A stretch of DNA of 63,859 bases, counting the filler, from Atractiella rhizophila (lineage: Eukaryota), in the NCBI GenBank assembly GCA_021432655.1. It is 9 parts of 9 records of this genome, joined end to end, with 100 filler letters (N's around TTAATTAATTAA, not from the genome) between each part and the next. Parts side by side here need not be neighbours in the genome. Positions count along the whole stretch, not along the records: positions 16,618 to 24,771 come from MU272166.1; positions 24,872 to 33,015 come from MU272167.1; 7 more parts are not named here. One strand, given 5' to 3'. Within the stretch, counting starts at the first letter, position 1; each line of letters begins with the position of its first letter. Below the pieces are notes generated by a model. It worked only from the letters and a program-made list of their open reading frames with translations, had not been told where the DNA came from and searched no databases. Made by a program: the position numbers and the translations under genes. Positions 22,153-33,012 of this stretch are shown piece after piece.

Positions 22153-24771
22153 CTAGAGGCTAGTTCCATCGACGGGACCAGTTGCAGTTCCAGGAAGAAT
22201 TCCTGCGAGGTCGCATCCGCCGTCGAAAGGCAACGCAAAATCGCTCAAATCGAGGGGGAACGTAGGCGGCGCCGATCCTGACACCTTCCTCGTCATGTCG
22301 AGACCATGGATGTTCATCGCTTCGGGGTTTATCGCACTCGAGGGCCTTCCTAGCCCTAATTTCGCCATAAGCTTGGGAGCATAGAAGTTCACTTCTGGAA
22401 GACCGTTGGGAATGGGAGCAAGCAGCTCTCCATTGGCGACGCAGTAGGGATCGTTCGCAAATACACCCGGGAAGTCCAAAGCCGGATTGGCGGTGTACAC
22501 TGGCATGTTTGTTGAACTTCCCATTTCTGGTTGAGGTGGTGGAGTTGGATCTGAAGGGGCTGACTGGGACGCTCGAAGGGGAGGTGGAGTGCCAGGCTGG
22601 GGAGGCAGATCTTTAGAGAGGGTATGGGCGAGAATCTGTAGAGCACTGCGATTAGCTCGAAGGCTGTCAGGTGAAGGAGCCTCACATATTTTCTCATAAC
22701 CTTACCCAGGGCAAGTTCCAAATCATCCCACTGGAATACCTTGATATCCTTATCGATATTCCTTGGTCTCGGCTCAGGATACGCCATAATTCTCCTGTAC
22801 AGATCAGCCGTCTTCCCTTTGGTCTTGGAGACCGTCAGTGGCTTGAAACCTTCCAAGTTCCTTCTGATCCTATTCTTTTCCTCGATGTTGAACGTTCCAT
22901 TCGTCAAATATTCGAGGAGCAAAAGGATTTCCACTGAAGTGATGTAACACTTGTTTGTCGCGTCGTAATAGATGCAAGAAACGACAAATTGGTCCTTAGC
23001 CTCCTTGGTACCCCTAGTATCGTCGTATTCGTCGAAGCTCATCGGTTCGAATTCGACGGTAAGCTTGGATGAGGTGCGACCCCGAGTGCACTTAATCAAC
23101 CTCCTCTTGACGTCCCATTCCTCCTCCGTCCACCCCATCGTCAAATGATCCAAATTAGACAATACCTCAAAGGTGAGTGTCCCATACTGGTCCCCATCAT
23201 CGTCGTCGTGCCCACTAGCTGAAGACTTTCCCCTCCTCCTTTTCCTCCTGATGACCTCCTTCTCCCTCTGAGTCTGTTCCACAGTATTATCCGCTTCTAA
23301 GAAGGCATAGGAAGAATTGGGAGTTACGTCATCTGGGGCGACCTTGGTGTTGGGATCGAGGTGACGTTGTTGCTGGATCCAGGACTGAGTGTGCATACTA
23401 GCGACCGCGGAGGGGGCTATTTCAGCGGCAGCTTTGACGAGTAGCGGTTGAAGCAACTCGGTCGTTTCGGCGGTGAGTTCCACAGGTTCCGTCATCTGCC
23501 TCGTCTTTCGCTTTTTCGACGTGGGCTCTTCAAACATCACTATAGTCCAAAGCATCCAAGTTAGCGCGCATTCTCATCCTCGTACGAGTGGAAAGTGACA
23601 GACCAGATGACTCTTCCGAATCCCTCCTCAACCTCTTCGCGACCACCTGTCTCCTCGTCTCTTCCCCATCTTCCCCTCATGCGTTATCTTATCGAACGAA
23701 GCGGCAGGCAAAGAAAGCTCACCTTGCATGACCTCATAGACGAACTTGCCAACGACTCTCGTATCCACAGTTTCATCTCCATCTCTAATTCTCAACATGA
23801 TATCCATCCCGTTAAATCTGAATTGAGCTTCCTCCTTCCTGGGTACACGTCCAACAATCCTAAAAGCTCCTCGCATATCCTTTACTGAGTCAGCCTTGAC
23901 GATCGCTCGCCCGAATAAGAACTCGAACACGAATCCGTTCGCGATGAAGTCCTCCGTCACCGCATTCTTAGACATATCCACAAAAAGGGGGCAGCCTTCG
24001 GAACCCATTTGAGGCGAGAAGTTGTACAAGACAATAGGGTTAGACGTGGAGATGAACGACTTGTCGTCAGCGGGAGGTTGGACCACTTGAGAAACAGACT
24101 GCCAGAAATGCCCGGATCCCATCCCCATGGAAGGATGAACCTGTGGGTAATAGTTCTGATTGACGGGATTCATCATCGGTGCGAAGTTCGACGAGATGGG
24201 TTGTTGTGGCGAAGCCGCGAAATAATGCTGGGGAAATGGAGCGAAAGCTCCGCCATTGAAAGAGTTGGGAGAGACGATGGGGGTCATTCCCATGGGATTA
24301 TATCCAGGCACGGCCCCATGTTGAGCGGGACAGGAATAGTCGGGATGAAAGAAGACAGGCTGAGCACGGATGAACGGAGTCCCATCCGACGAACGAGGCG
24401 GATCTTGGACATAGAATCCATTTCCACTTCCCAGGGGTTGGGCGGGATTCGATATCGTGACAGGCACGCCGGTTTCATTGTGCTCCGTTGTCTGGAGGAC
24501 AGTGGGAGGAGACATCTCTTGATCGATTTTTTTCAGTAGTGACCAGTCGAGAGGATCGCCGGAAGATAGAGAAGTAACCGTGGTCTCCAGAGAGTAAGTT
24601 CTTTCCCTTTCGCCACTTTCTGAGCTCGAATCAGCCGAGAGGTAGACGCTAGGGCTCAGAGACAGGTCTTTCTCGATTCCCGGCGCTTCTTTCGTCACCG
24701 CGACAGTCGAGGTTGAGAGTTCTTCTATTCCGCCCAGCGACTGAGTGAGGGGTTTCAAGAGAGAGCTTGAG
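22153..24771 (-). CDS. medA: Medusa/MedA-like developmental regulator, 5' end at or beyond the gap
   Basis: WTEEEWDVKRRL, VVSCIYY, CYITSVEILLLLE, EEKNRIRRNLEGFKPLTVSK, PEPRPRNIDKDIKVFQW, ALGKVMRKY match the conserved MedA domain. Confidence 0.85.
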
Positions 24772-24871
24772 NNNNNNNNNNNNNNNNNNNNNNNNNNNNN
24801 NNNNNNNNNNNNNNNTTAATTAATTAANNNNNNNNNNNNNNNNNNNNNNNNNNNNNNNNNNNNNNNNNNNN

Positions 24872-24999
24872 CTCCAGTTTCTCGAAGGTATTTTTGGTCT
24901 CCAAGCGAGAACCGAAGGTGGAATCCCAAAGTACCGGAAAGCTGGGTTTACATTTGAAGTTGGGAGATTACGAGGTGAGGGCGGTAAATTCTTGTTCAT
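24872..24999 (-). CDS. TIM54: Mitochondrial import inner-membrane translocase subunit Tim54, 5' end only
   Basis: NPAFRYFGIP...RPKIPSRNW matches the Tim54 N-terminal signature; truncated by gap; start codon uncertain. Confidence 0.75.
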
Positions 25000-25448
25000 A
25001 TGGCTTCGATACACCTGGCAAAGTCCAAGTTAGCTGCCTGTTCACTCTTTCCATAACGGTAAATGGGTTATTGCTGTGATGGATCCTTTGCTCATTGCCT
25101 GGCATCTAAAATGTAACAGGGGACGGCTGTCAGAAACAGAAATTGTGCACGCCATAGGAAAGTTGTTGACAGCCAAGAAGGTGAAGGTTTTGATAACTTG
25201 AACACCCACCGCCTGCTCGCGGTTGACAAAACCACGGTAGAGGAAGAACGCACCAGGAATGTCAAAAAAATAATTACTGGAGACTAAATTACTGTGGTGG
25301 CTAGAAAACAAGGGAAGAAACAAAAGCGAGGGGCCAAGCCAGCCTGAGGGGCGGGTTTCCGGCAACTTTTTTTGATCGGAAGTTCAACGTTCAACTACTT
25401 TCTGTCGCTCTCCAGCCACCAAGCTACAACAGTTCACGCGGAGTGAAG

Positions 25449-27616
25449 ATGACTTCAGACGCTCAAGCTCAGCTGGGAGAATCCATATCCGCCTATCCTG
25501 TTACAAGTGACGTTTCTCGAAAAGCACGGAAGGATCGCACACGCAGGAAGAGAGGGGAGCTCACAGATAAGAATAGTCATGTCGTGGAACGGACGCACGA
25601 CGCAATCGCTATTGAAGACAGTGGGAAAACCAGGACAGAAGAAAGTGAGAAGCTCGTCGAAGACGGTGTGAAGGAGGAGGAGAACAAGAAGAAGAGAAAG
25701 CACTCGGAGCTTGAAACAGAGCCTCGGCTCGAAGCCGAGACTGTGAAGGCAGCAGGGCAGGATCCAGTAGCCTCGATGACTTCCGATTCTTCACAGAGTC
25801 GTTATGAGCCGGTTCCTTTTAATACTCTCCCTCTTACTTCACAAACTGCAATGGCGTTGGATGAGATGGGTTTTAAGACGATGATGGAGGTCCAAGCGCG
25901 AACCATCCCTCCTCTCCTCGCAGGAAAGGACGTCTTAGGTGCGGCTCATACAGGCAGCGGCAAGACATTAGCATTTCTGATTCCCGCGGTGGAAATGCTG
26001 TCCAAGTTGAAGTTCAAACCCCGCAATGGTACTGCATTGCCTAAGAATTGTGCGCTTGTATTGACTCACCTTTACTAGGGACCGGAGCGATCGTCGTTTC
26101 TCCAACGAGAGAATTAACAATGCAGATTTTTGGGGTTGCCAAAGACCTCATGAAACATCATAGCCAAACCTTCGCTCTCGTCATGGGTGGCGCGAATAGG
26201 AAAGCGGAGGCTGAAAAGTTAGCTAAAGGTGTCAACCTCGTGATAGCAACACCAGGAAGGCTGTTGGACCACTTGCAAGTTTGTATTTAGATGTTATCGC
26301 CCGATCATTCTTTGATTCTTATGACAGAATACCAAAGGATTTGTCACAAAGAATCTCAAGACGCTGATAATCGATGAAGCTGATCGCATCCTCGAGATTG
26401 GATTTCGAGGAGGAAATGAAGAAGATTATTGCGCTGCTTCCCAGTGGTTTGTCCTAACTTCTTTTCTGCCAGCGGGTAGAGCTCATTCTGGGTTGTGGAT
26501 AGAGAACCGACAGAGCATGCTATTCTCTGCTACTCAGACTACCAAAGTCTCCGATCTCGCACGCATCTCATTGCGTCCTGGTCCGCTTTTCATCAGCGTG
26601 GACTCCGAAAAAGAATCTAGTACGGCAGATAGACTTGAACAGGGATACGTTGTTTGCGACAGTGATCAGCGCTTCCGGCTCCTTTTTACGTTTTTAAAAC
26701 GAAATTTGAAGAAAAAAGTTGTTGTCTTCTTTTCTTCCTGCCATTCCGTTAAATACCATGCCGAATTGTTGAACTATGTTGACATTCCCACCCTGGATCT
26801 CCATGTAGGTTTGGCCCTTCCAACGCATTCAACTACTGAGGCAAAACGGGCAGGGCAAACAAAAGCAACAGAAGAGGACCAATACTTTTTTCGAGTTTTG
26901 CAACGCTCCGTCAGGCATACTTCTGTGTACCGATGTAGCTGCTCGTGGGCTCGACATCCCCAAAGTCGACTGGATTATCCAATTCGACCCGCCGGACGAT
27001 CCCCGCGATTATATTCACCGGGTTGGCCGCACAGCTCGAGCTGGCAAGGATGGAAAGAGCCTTATGTTCCTATTGCCGTCCGAACTTGGTTTCTTGCGTT
27101 TTCTCAAAGCTGCAAAGGTCCCTCTCAACGAATATAGCTTCCCAGAAGAAAAAATGGCTAACGTTCAAGGCCAGGTACGTTCAAATTGTTAACTCACTTT
27201 GTAGACCTGACAGCTTTTTGCAGCTCGAGAAACTTATATCCCAAAATTATTATTTGAATCAATCAGCACGCGATGGGTTCCGATCTTATATCCAGTCATA
27301 CGCCTCTTACTCGCTAAAAAGCATCTTCAACGTTCACGAACTAGACCTACGAAAAGTTGGCAAAGCCTTTGGGTTTACGGTCCCACCAGCGGTTAACATT
27401 AACGTGGGAGCAGCTCTGCGTGGGCGCAAGAGGAAGGCAGATGACCGGGATGAGGACAGTGAGGGGGATGAAGAGGATTCTATTGACAACGTTCCACTTA
27501 GAAGCAATGGCAATGGAAAAAACAGACGGACAGAGACTATGGGGAGAAGGATGGTGGAGAAGGAGGTATATCGCATGGGGAGAGCCACCAAGGACAACGT
27601 CCAGTGGACTCGATGA
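25449..27616 (+). CDS. HAS1: DEAD-box RNA helicase Has1/DDX18 (apparent +1 frameshift near 26403-26406)
   Basis: [85 protein letters not shown]. Confidence 0.95.
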
Positions 27617-27629
27617 CCTCTACATTGCA

Positions 27630-29258
27630 TTATGTGTGCCTTCCCAAATTTTGATCTATACAATAAAGCTCTTCTTCGCAGATTACTATAATGTTTTTGC
27701 ACAGCTCATCTTCTTCGCCATCATCAACCAGTTCTCTCAAGCGGGTTAGCTTCCTTTCTACGTCTCTCTTGAGAACTGTGCACACAGAAACTATTTTCTT
27801 GAACACAGCTTCTTCGTTCCTGCAGGAGATGATCTCCTTTTCTCCATGCAGCATGCTCCGCCATGCTTGCTCCTCGCTGTCGGCAACGAGCAGCCTAAGA
27901 GCCACAAGCAGTCGAAAAGACGTAAAGTCACAATGCAAGGTGTAGTCTCTGTCGACGAGGCTCAGATCTCCCACATGAGACGGTACTGACGCACCCCCAA
28001 TAGCCTTCCTCCTGCAGGGTTTGCGCCTTCCTCTTTGCATCTGTGGTCTGAAAAAAGGCTTCGATTAGGCTTGAAACATCGAGAGTGAGGCTGGATAGTG
28101 TCTCCGGCGACGTAGAAAGAACAAATCCGTATTCAGCCAAAAGGAGAGCATTGCTGTGTGCCCCATATGACAGCAATACCTCGCTGCCTTTACGAAGAAA
28201 CAGGCCGCTGCTATCGGAGGAAGTGCTCGCTGGTGCATGCATGATCAACGGTGATGGGAAAGTAGATGCTCTTTCTGGAGGGCCAACAAGTATAGAGCAC
28301 TTCCAAGTGAATCAGGCATGTTGCACCGATATGTAAGCGGCACACGGACTGAAGTTTTGGCGGAGTGATTTGCCTACATCAGATATTAGTGGTGGCTTTG
28401 TAGTTTTGGTCCATAACAGTCACCATGCTGGTTCAGAGCCGTCAAGCACATCCTACCGTGCCAAAATTGAGATGGCTTACTCAAGAATTGGTGCCAAAGT
28501 CAAATTGTTATCCACCGACGGTTTCCTCCTGAGATCGTAGTAGAGACAACGTGTATTTACTGCGCCAACATAATATGGTTCATCGACTAAGATATTCAAT
28601 GCACGTACCAGTCCACCATCCCCACTCAAAATACTCCCTGTCAACGCAGTCTTGGTTTTCTCGTCCTTCATTCTGATATCGAAGTCATTATCGTACTCAG
28701 AAGCGTTTTAAGCTACCTACCCAAAGTTTTCCCACTATTTTCCAGTCTATCGCCAGTCGGTGTGTTACATCCTCCACCTTCTTTGACAGGGTTTCGGGAG
28801 CAAACCCTTGTAGCCTCTTCCACGTCAGCTCTCGGTGCCAGGTTGGCCAGTTGTATTCCTGCGGAAAGGAGTTCAAGAAATGGTTCCATTCGACAAAGCC
28901 CGGCGCAGACAAGTCTCCTTCACACAAAATCCCTTTACGATAACGTGCCAAATGAAGCGACAATAGTTGTGTTGTGGTAAAGGCAGATTGTAAGTCAGAG
29001 CTGTAGTACGACTTGAGAGTGTGAGAATTTAACAATGCGCCAGCAGGAATTGTTGCTAATTCGCTTGAAAACGGTATGTCACGAGTGGCGACAAGTCCAC
29101 GAATGCCAGCTGCTGGATTAACTCAAAGGCATCAAGATGGGACGAGCTGTGTGCGTACCATGGTTGATCTGCAATTTGAACGGAAAGCTTTGATATTTCT
29201 GGTGCTCGAGGAGCCAGGAAAACAGTTCGCCAAACTGGGTGTCGTCTTTCGCAACCAT
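27630..29258 (-). CDS. SET-domain protein-lysine methyltransferase (Rkm2/SETD4-like), multi-exon
   Basis: GIRGLVATRDI, VNTRCLYY, LTLAPIL-D-M-ANHS (via a 4-nt exon), GSEVLLSYGAHSNALLLAEYGFV; convergent with HAS1. Confidence 0.85.
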
Positions 29259-29802
29259 CCCGGTTATGTTTTGAAGTGTTGTTAAGCCGATTATTCTAAT
29301 GAAATTTGAAACTGTCGCATTGCTATCCTGGTCAATATATTTACAGGCCAGCTCCAAGAAACACGAATCCGTATAATTTCGCAACAATCAAGTCTTGTAT
29401 GAACAAAAAAAAAACAAAAAGGGTGTCACACAAAAGCCGTTTCGAGGAACAATGTTCCTTAGACCTGGATCATAACTTGAAACGTAGAAAATAAAGCAAA
29501 GCATCTGTTAGCAGTAACTAAGGAAGAAACTACAACAGATTGACCTTGCCGGAAGGTGCACAACAATATGGAGGGGTAGAGTAAAAGGGAAGGCATAAAC
29601 TAAACATGTTGTATTATCCTTCGTTGTATGTGCAACGGGGTTCTGAACACAGGGAAAGACATCGGACTTGAACCGTACTACACAGCCGACTACGATGGCC
29701 TATCCATCTGAAACACCGCCAATCGAGTTTTGCCTGTGACCAGGTGAAAATGCAGAAGAAAAAATCGGCTGGCACAGACCTCTAAGAGTCATTTGAATCG
29801 CA

Positions 29803-29885
29803 CGTAAGAGCCTGTAGTCTCGAACCCGTCTTGTGAGGAGGAAACGGTGGTTGGTGGGTCACGTGCTCTACCGAGCTATCTTACC
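29803..29885 (-). ncRNA. Degenerate tRNA-like sequence (tRNA pseudogene or SINE head)
   Basis: Minus strand: GGTAAGA-TA-GCTCGGTAGAGC (A-box/D arm), GTGA..TCAC stem, GGTTCGAGAC (B box), TCTTAC closing the acceptor; T stem unpaired, anticodon not assignable. Confidence 0.4.
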
Positions 29886-30455
29886 TAATAATTTGACCAT
29901 GATTTCCACCTCACTTAGTCTGGTTGTACTTGTATTGGGAAAGGGAGAAACTCAAAACTTGAATTTTTTAAACTTCAATCATGTGTCCCTCCCTCAATAT
30001 CCGTCATCAAGCCTTCAGAATAAGTGGAATCTGAGTTTTTAGACGAGCTCTGTATTTCCTACTGATTGATTTCCCTTCTCGTTGGCTCTCATAGAACCGA
30101 ATTTTGTGCAGAGTGAATGAGAGCATGATGTGTTCTGTGTAATTTGAATTTCTCAGCAACTACACTGAGGAAGCTGCCCAGTTTGACGTATATGCTCAAT
30201 ACAGCCTATTAAAGGAATTCAAGAGCAGAAGAAGTCTCTTGTAACATCCCTTTTTGTTGGTTTATGAGTTCTAGCTTCCGCTTAAGTCAACTATGTTGAC
30301 TAGTTGCATTTCACATTGACTCTTCTTCTGATGGTTCTCCTGTCCTTTTAGATGCCAACGCACTTGTTGTAGCTTACCAATGATGGATGCAATCTAATTC
30401 CTCTACATCGTACCGTTACAATCTTGAGAGCAACTCCTATAGGCAGTGTCAACTC

Positions 30456-30928
30456 TAGAGATGCCAACGAGTAGGACTCGCGAGTACGGGTACCCTTACT
30501 CACGAGTATCGATCAGCTTAAAGCCTGATTTGTAACTTGTTGTGACCTTTGACACAGGTACCCTTGTACTCATGAGTACTACTCACGGGTACCCTTGTAT
30601 TAACTTAGACTCTACTCGTCATCATAATTTTACAGTTTAGGTACATTAGTTTACATAGATGACTTATTATGCATTACTTATGGCTTAAACACCACTATTA
30701 CTATCGCGAGTACGGGTACCCTTACTCACGAGTATCGATCAGCTTAAAGCCTGATTTGTAACTTGTTGTGACCTTTGACACAGGTACCCTTGTACTCATG
30801 AGTACTACTCACGGGTACCCTTGTATTAACTTAGACTCTACTCATCAACATAATTTTACAGTTTAGGCACATTAGTTTACATAGACGACTTATTATACAT
30901 TACTTATGGCTTAAACACCACTATTACT
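30456..30928. repeat. hAT-like transposon end with a 226-bp tandem duplication (30478-30703 / 30704-30928)
   Basis: Starts TAGAGATGCCAAC; repeated GGGTACCC and ACTCRYGRGT subterminal motifs; the two copies differ by a handful of changes. Confidence 0.75.
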
Positions 30929-30989
30929 TGTATCTCAGAGTCAGATAGAGCCATTTTGAATGTGAAAAAGATCAAAAATTGATATAAAA

Positions 30990-31129
30990 GCGAATCTCTC
31001 GTCATCCTGTGTGCCAGAAGCGACCAGCTGCTTCTAGACTTCACCAACATGCTCTCCAGGGACTATTCCTTTGATGATTTGAAGGAAGATCTCCATTCCT
31101 TTGCTCTCATCTGCTCCTTAGGCCCAGAA
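30990..31129 (+). mobile_element. Ty1/Copia gag fragment
   Basis: ESLVILCARSDQLLLDFTNMLSRDYSFDDLKEDLHSFALICSLGPE resembles the basidiomycete Copia gag helix; cut by an LTR at 31130. Confidence 0.5.
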
Positions 31130-31319
31130 TGTTAGTTGTAGTGTGTTTTGTTGGTCATCTGCCTCTTATGACTCTTACGAGTCATCACTGTGTAGTTTAG
31201 TTCTGCCTAGGAGTGTTGGTGCTCATTATTGACCACCACCCACTCCTAGGTATGTCTCTCTATACTTCTCTAATGTCTCATTATTGACCACCAACCACTC
31301 CTAGCCTTAGATCCTTACA
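31130..31319 (+). mobile_element. Copia LTR type B, copy 1
   Basis: TGTTAG...TTACA, near-identical to the copies at 31860-32059 and 32813-33012. Confidence 0.9.
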
Positions 31320-31859
31320 GATTGGTGGTCAAAGATGATGACCGCCTAAACTGTCCCCTAGAGGGCTAAAACTCTGAAGTGAAGCAAACAAAACAGAGGT
31401 GGCTGACCACAGAAACATAACACCATGAAATATAACACCTAATCCAACACTCCCACCTGGGCAGCCGCCTCTTGAAGCTCCCACCAAATCCAAGAACCAT
31501 CCAGAATAACCATCCAGAATAACCATCGAATGAAGCTCCCACCGAATGAAGGCAGCATGAAGCGACATCACACAAAGAAAACATATTAGTTAAATGTCTA
31601 AAACCAGTTGAGAGATCCTCGTACCGCTTAAAGCGGCGTCTTATAACCTCCAGAAGGAGGACAGAGTTTTATTGCGCCCCATAACTGTTGAACCTTGGGT
31701 ATAAAGGGTTGATCTGCACTGTTGGGAATGACTGGCATTTTAGTGCAATTGGCTAAATCGAGCAATAACTGCCTCATACACTTGGGTAGGGGCGCAGACC
31801 CATCATTTCTCGGAATTTTGTAACGCCAGCAACCGGTAAGGCCTTGGTGAGGAGGTCTG
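31320..31859 (-). mobile_element. 3' end of a related Copia element (RNase H tail, 3' UTR, PPT, truncated LTR type A)
   Basis: DLLTKALPVAGVTKFREMMGLRPYPSV*; GCTGCCCAGGTGGGAG followed by TGTTGGATTAGG. Confidence 0.8.
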
Positions 31860-32812
31860 TGTAAGGATCTAAGGCTAGGAGTGGTTGGTGGTCAATAATA
31901 AGCACATTAGAGAAGTATAGAGAGACATACCTAGGAGTGGTTGGTGGTCAATAATGAGCACCAACACTCCTAGGCAGAACTAAACTACATAGTGATGACT
32001 CATACGAGTCATAAGAGTCATAAGAGGCAGATGACCAAAACAACACACTACAACTAACACTCCCACCTGGGCAGCTGTCTCTTGATGCTCCCACCAAATC
32101 CAGAGACTCTCCCACCGAATTTCACACAATGTATACTCGATATAAAGCAGAAAGCATATTAGTTTTGCAATGAAAAGAAGAGGAAAAGTCCTCGCACCGC
32201 TTAAAGCGGCGTCTTATAACCCCACAGAGGGGAAAAGGAATTTTATTGCGCCCCATAACTGCCTCAGACACTTGGGTAGGGGCGCAAACCCATCATAACT
32301 CGAAACTTGTCCACGCTGGCTACTGGAAGTGCCTTGGTGAGGAGGTCTGCTGGCATATTGACACCTGGACAGAAGACTGGACTGATCTTGCCCATCTCAA
32401 CAACATCCCTGAGCCAATAAAAGCGAAGGACCAGATGTTTCATTCGACCATGGTGCTCAGGATTCTTGGATACCTGGAGAGCACTGCTGCTGTCTGTGAA
32501 GAGGGGAGTAGGACCTTGAGAAGCGAAGCCAATCTCTTCTAAAAGATTCCTTAGCCAGACAACTTCTTGACCTGCTGAGACTCCTGAGACATATTCTGCT
32601 TCGGTAGTAGAAAGGGCAACGAGGGATTGTAGTTTGCTGCTCCAACTGACCACTCCGTTCCCTATCTTGAGGAGATAGCCTCCCGTAGAACGTCCAGTAT
32701 CCTTGCACCCAGCAAAATCTGCATCGCAGAAGGCGTGAAAAGGTTGCTTGAGGTCAAAACCAGCTGCAGAATACTCAATTCCTAAGTTCTGAGTGCCTTT
32801 GAGGTATCGTAG
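31860..32812 (-). mobile_element. Copia element 3' portion: RT end/RNase H (32264-32812), PPT, 3' LTR type B (31860-32059)
   Basis: LRYLKGT, FCDADFAG, RSTGGY, VSWSSKLQSLVALSTTEAEY, FTDSSSA, HGRMKHL, PADLLTKAL; PPT GGTGGGAG abuts TGTTAG. Confidence 0.93.
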
Positions 32813-33012
32813 TGTTAGTTGTAGTGTGTTGTTTTGGTCATCTGCCTCTTATGACTCTTATGACTCGCATGAGTCATCACTATGTAGTTTAGTTCTGCCT
32901 AGGAGTGTTGGTGCTCATTATTGACCACCAACCACTCCTAGGTATGTCTCTCTATACTTCTCTAATGTGCTCATTATTGACCACCAACCACTCCTAGCCT
33001 TAGATCCTTACA
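32813..33012 (+). mobile_element. Copia LTR type B, copy 3, inserted into pol in opposite orientation
   Basis: TGTTAG...TTACA followed by TGG (possible PBS start) just before the gap. Confidence 0.88.

Noticed and set aside
29803..29885. Functional tRNA gene, including tRNA-Sec
   Set aside because: T stem does not pair, D loop is truncated and no anticodon can be assigned; kept only as tRNA-like
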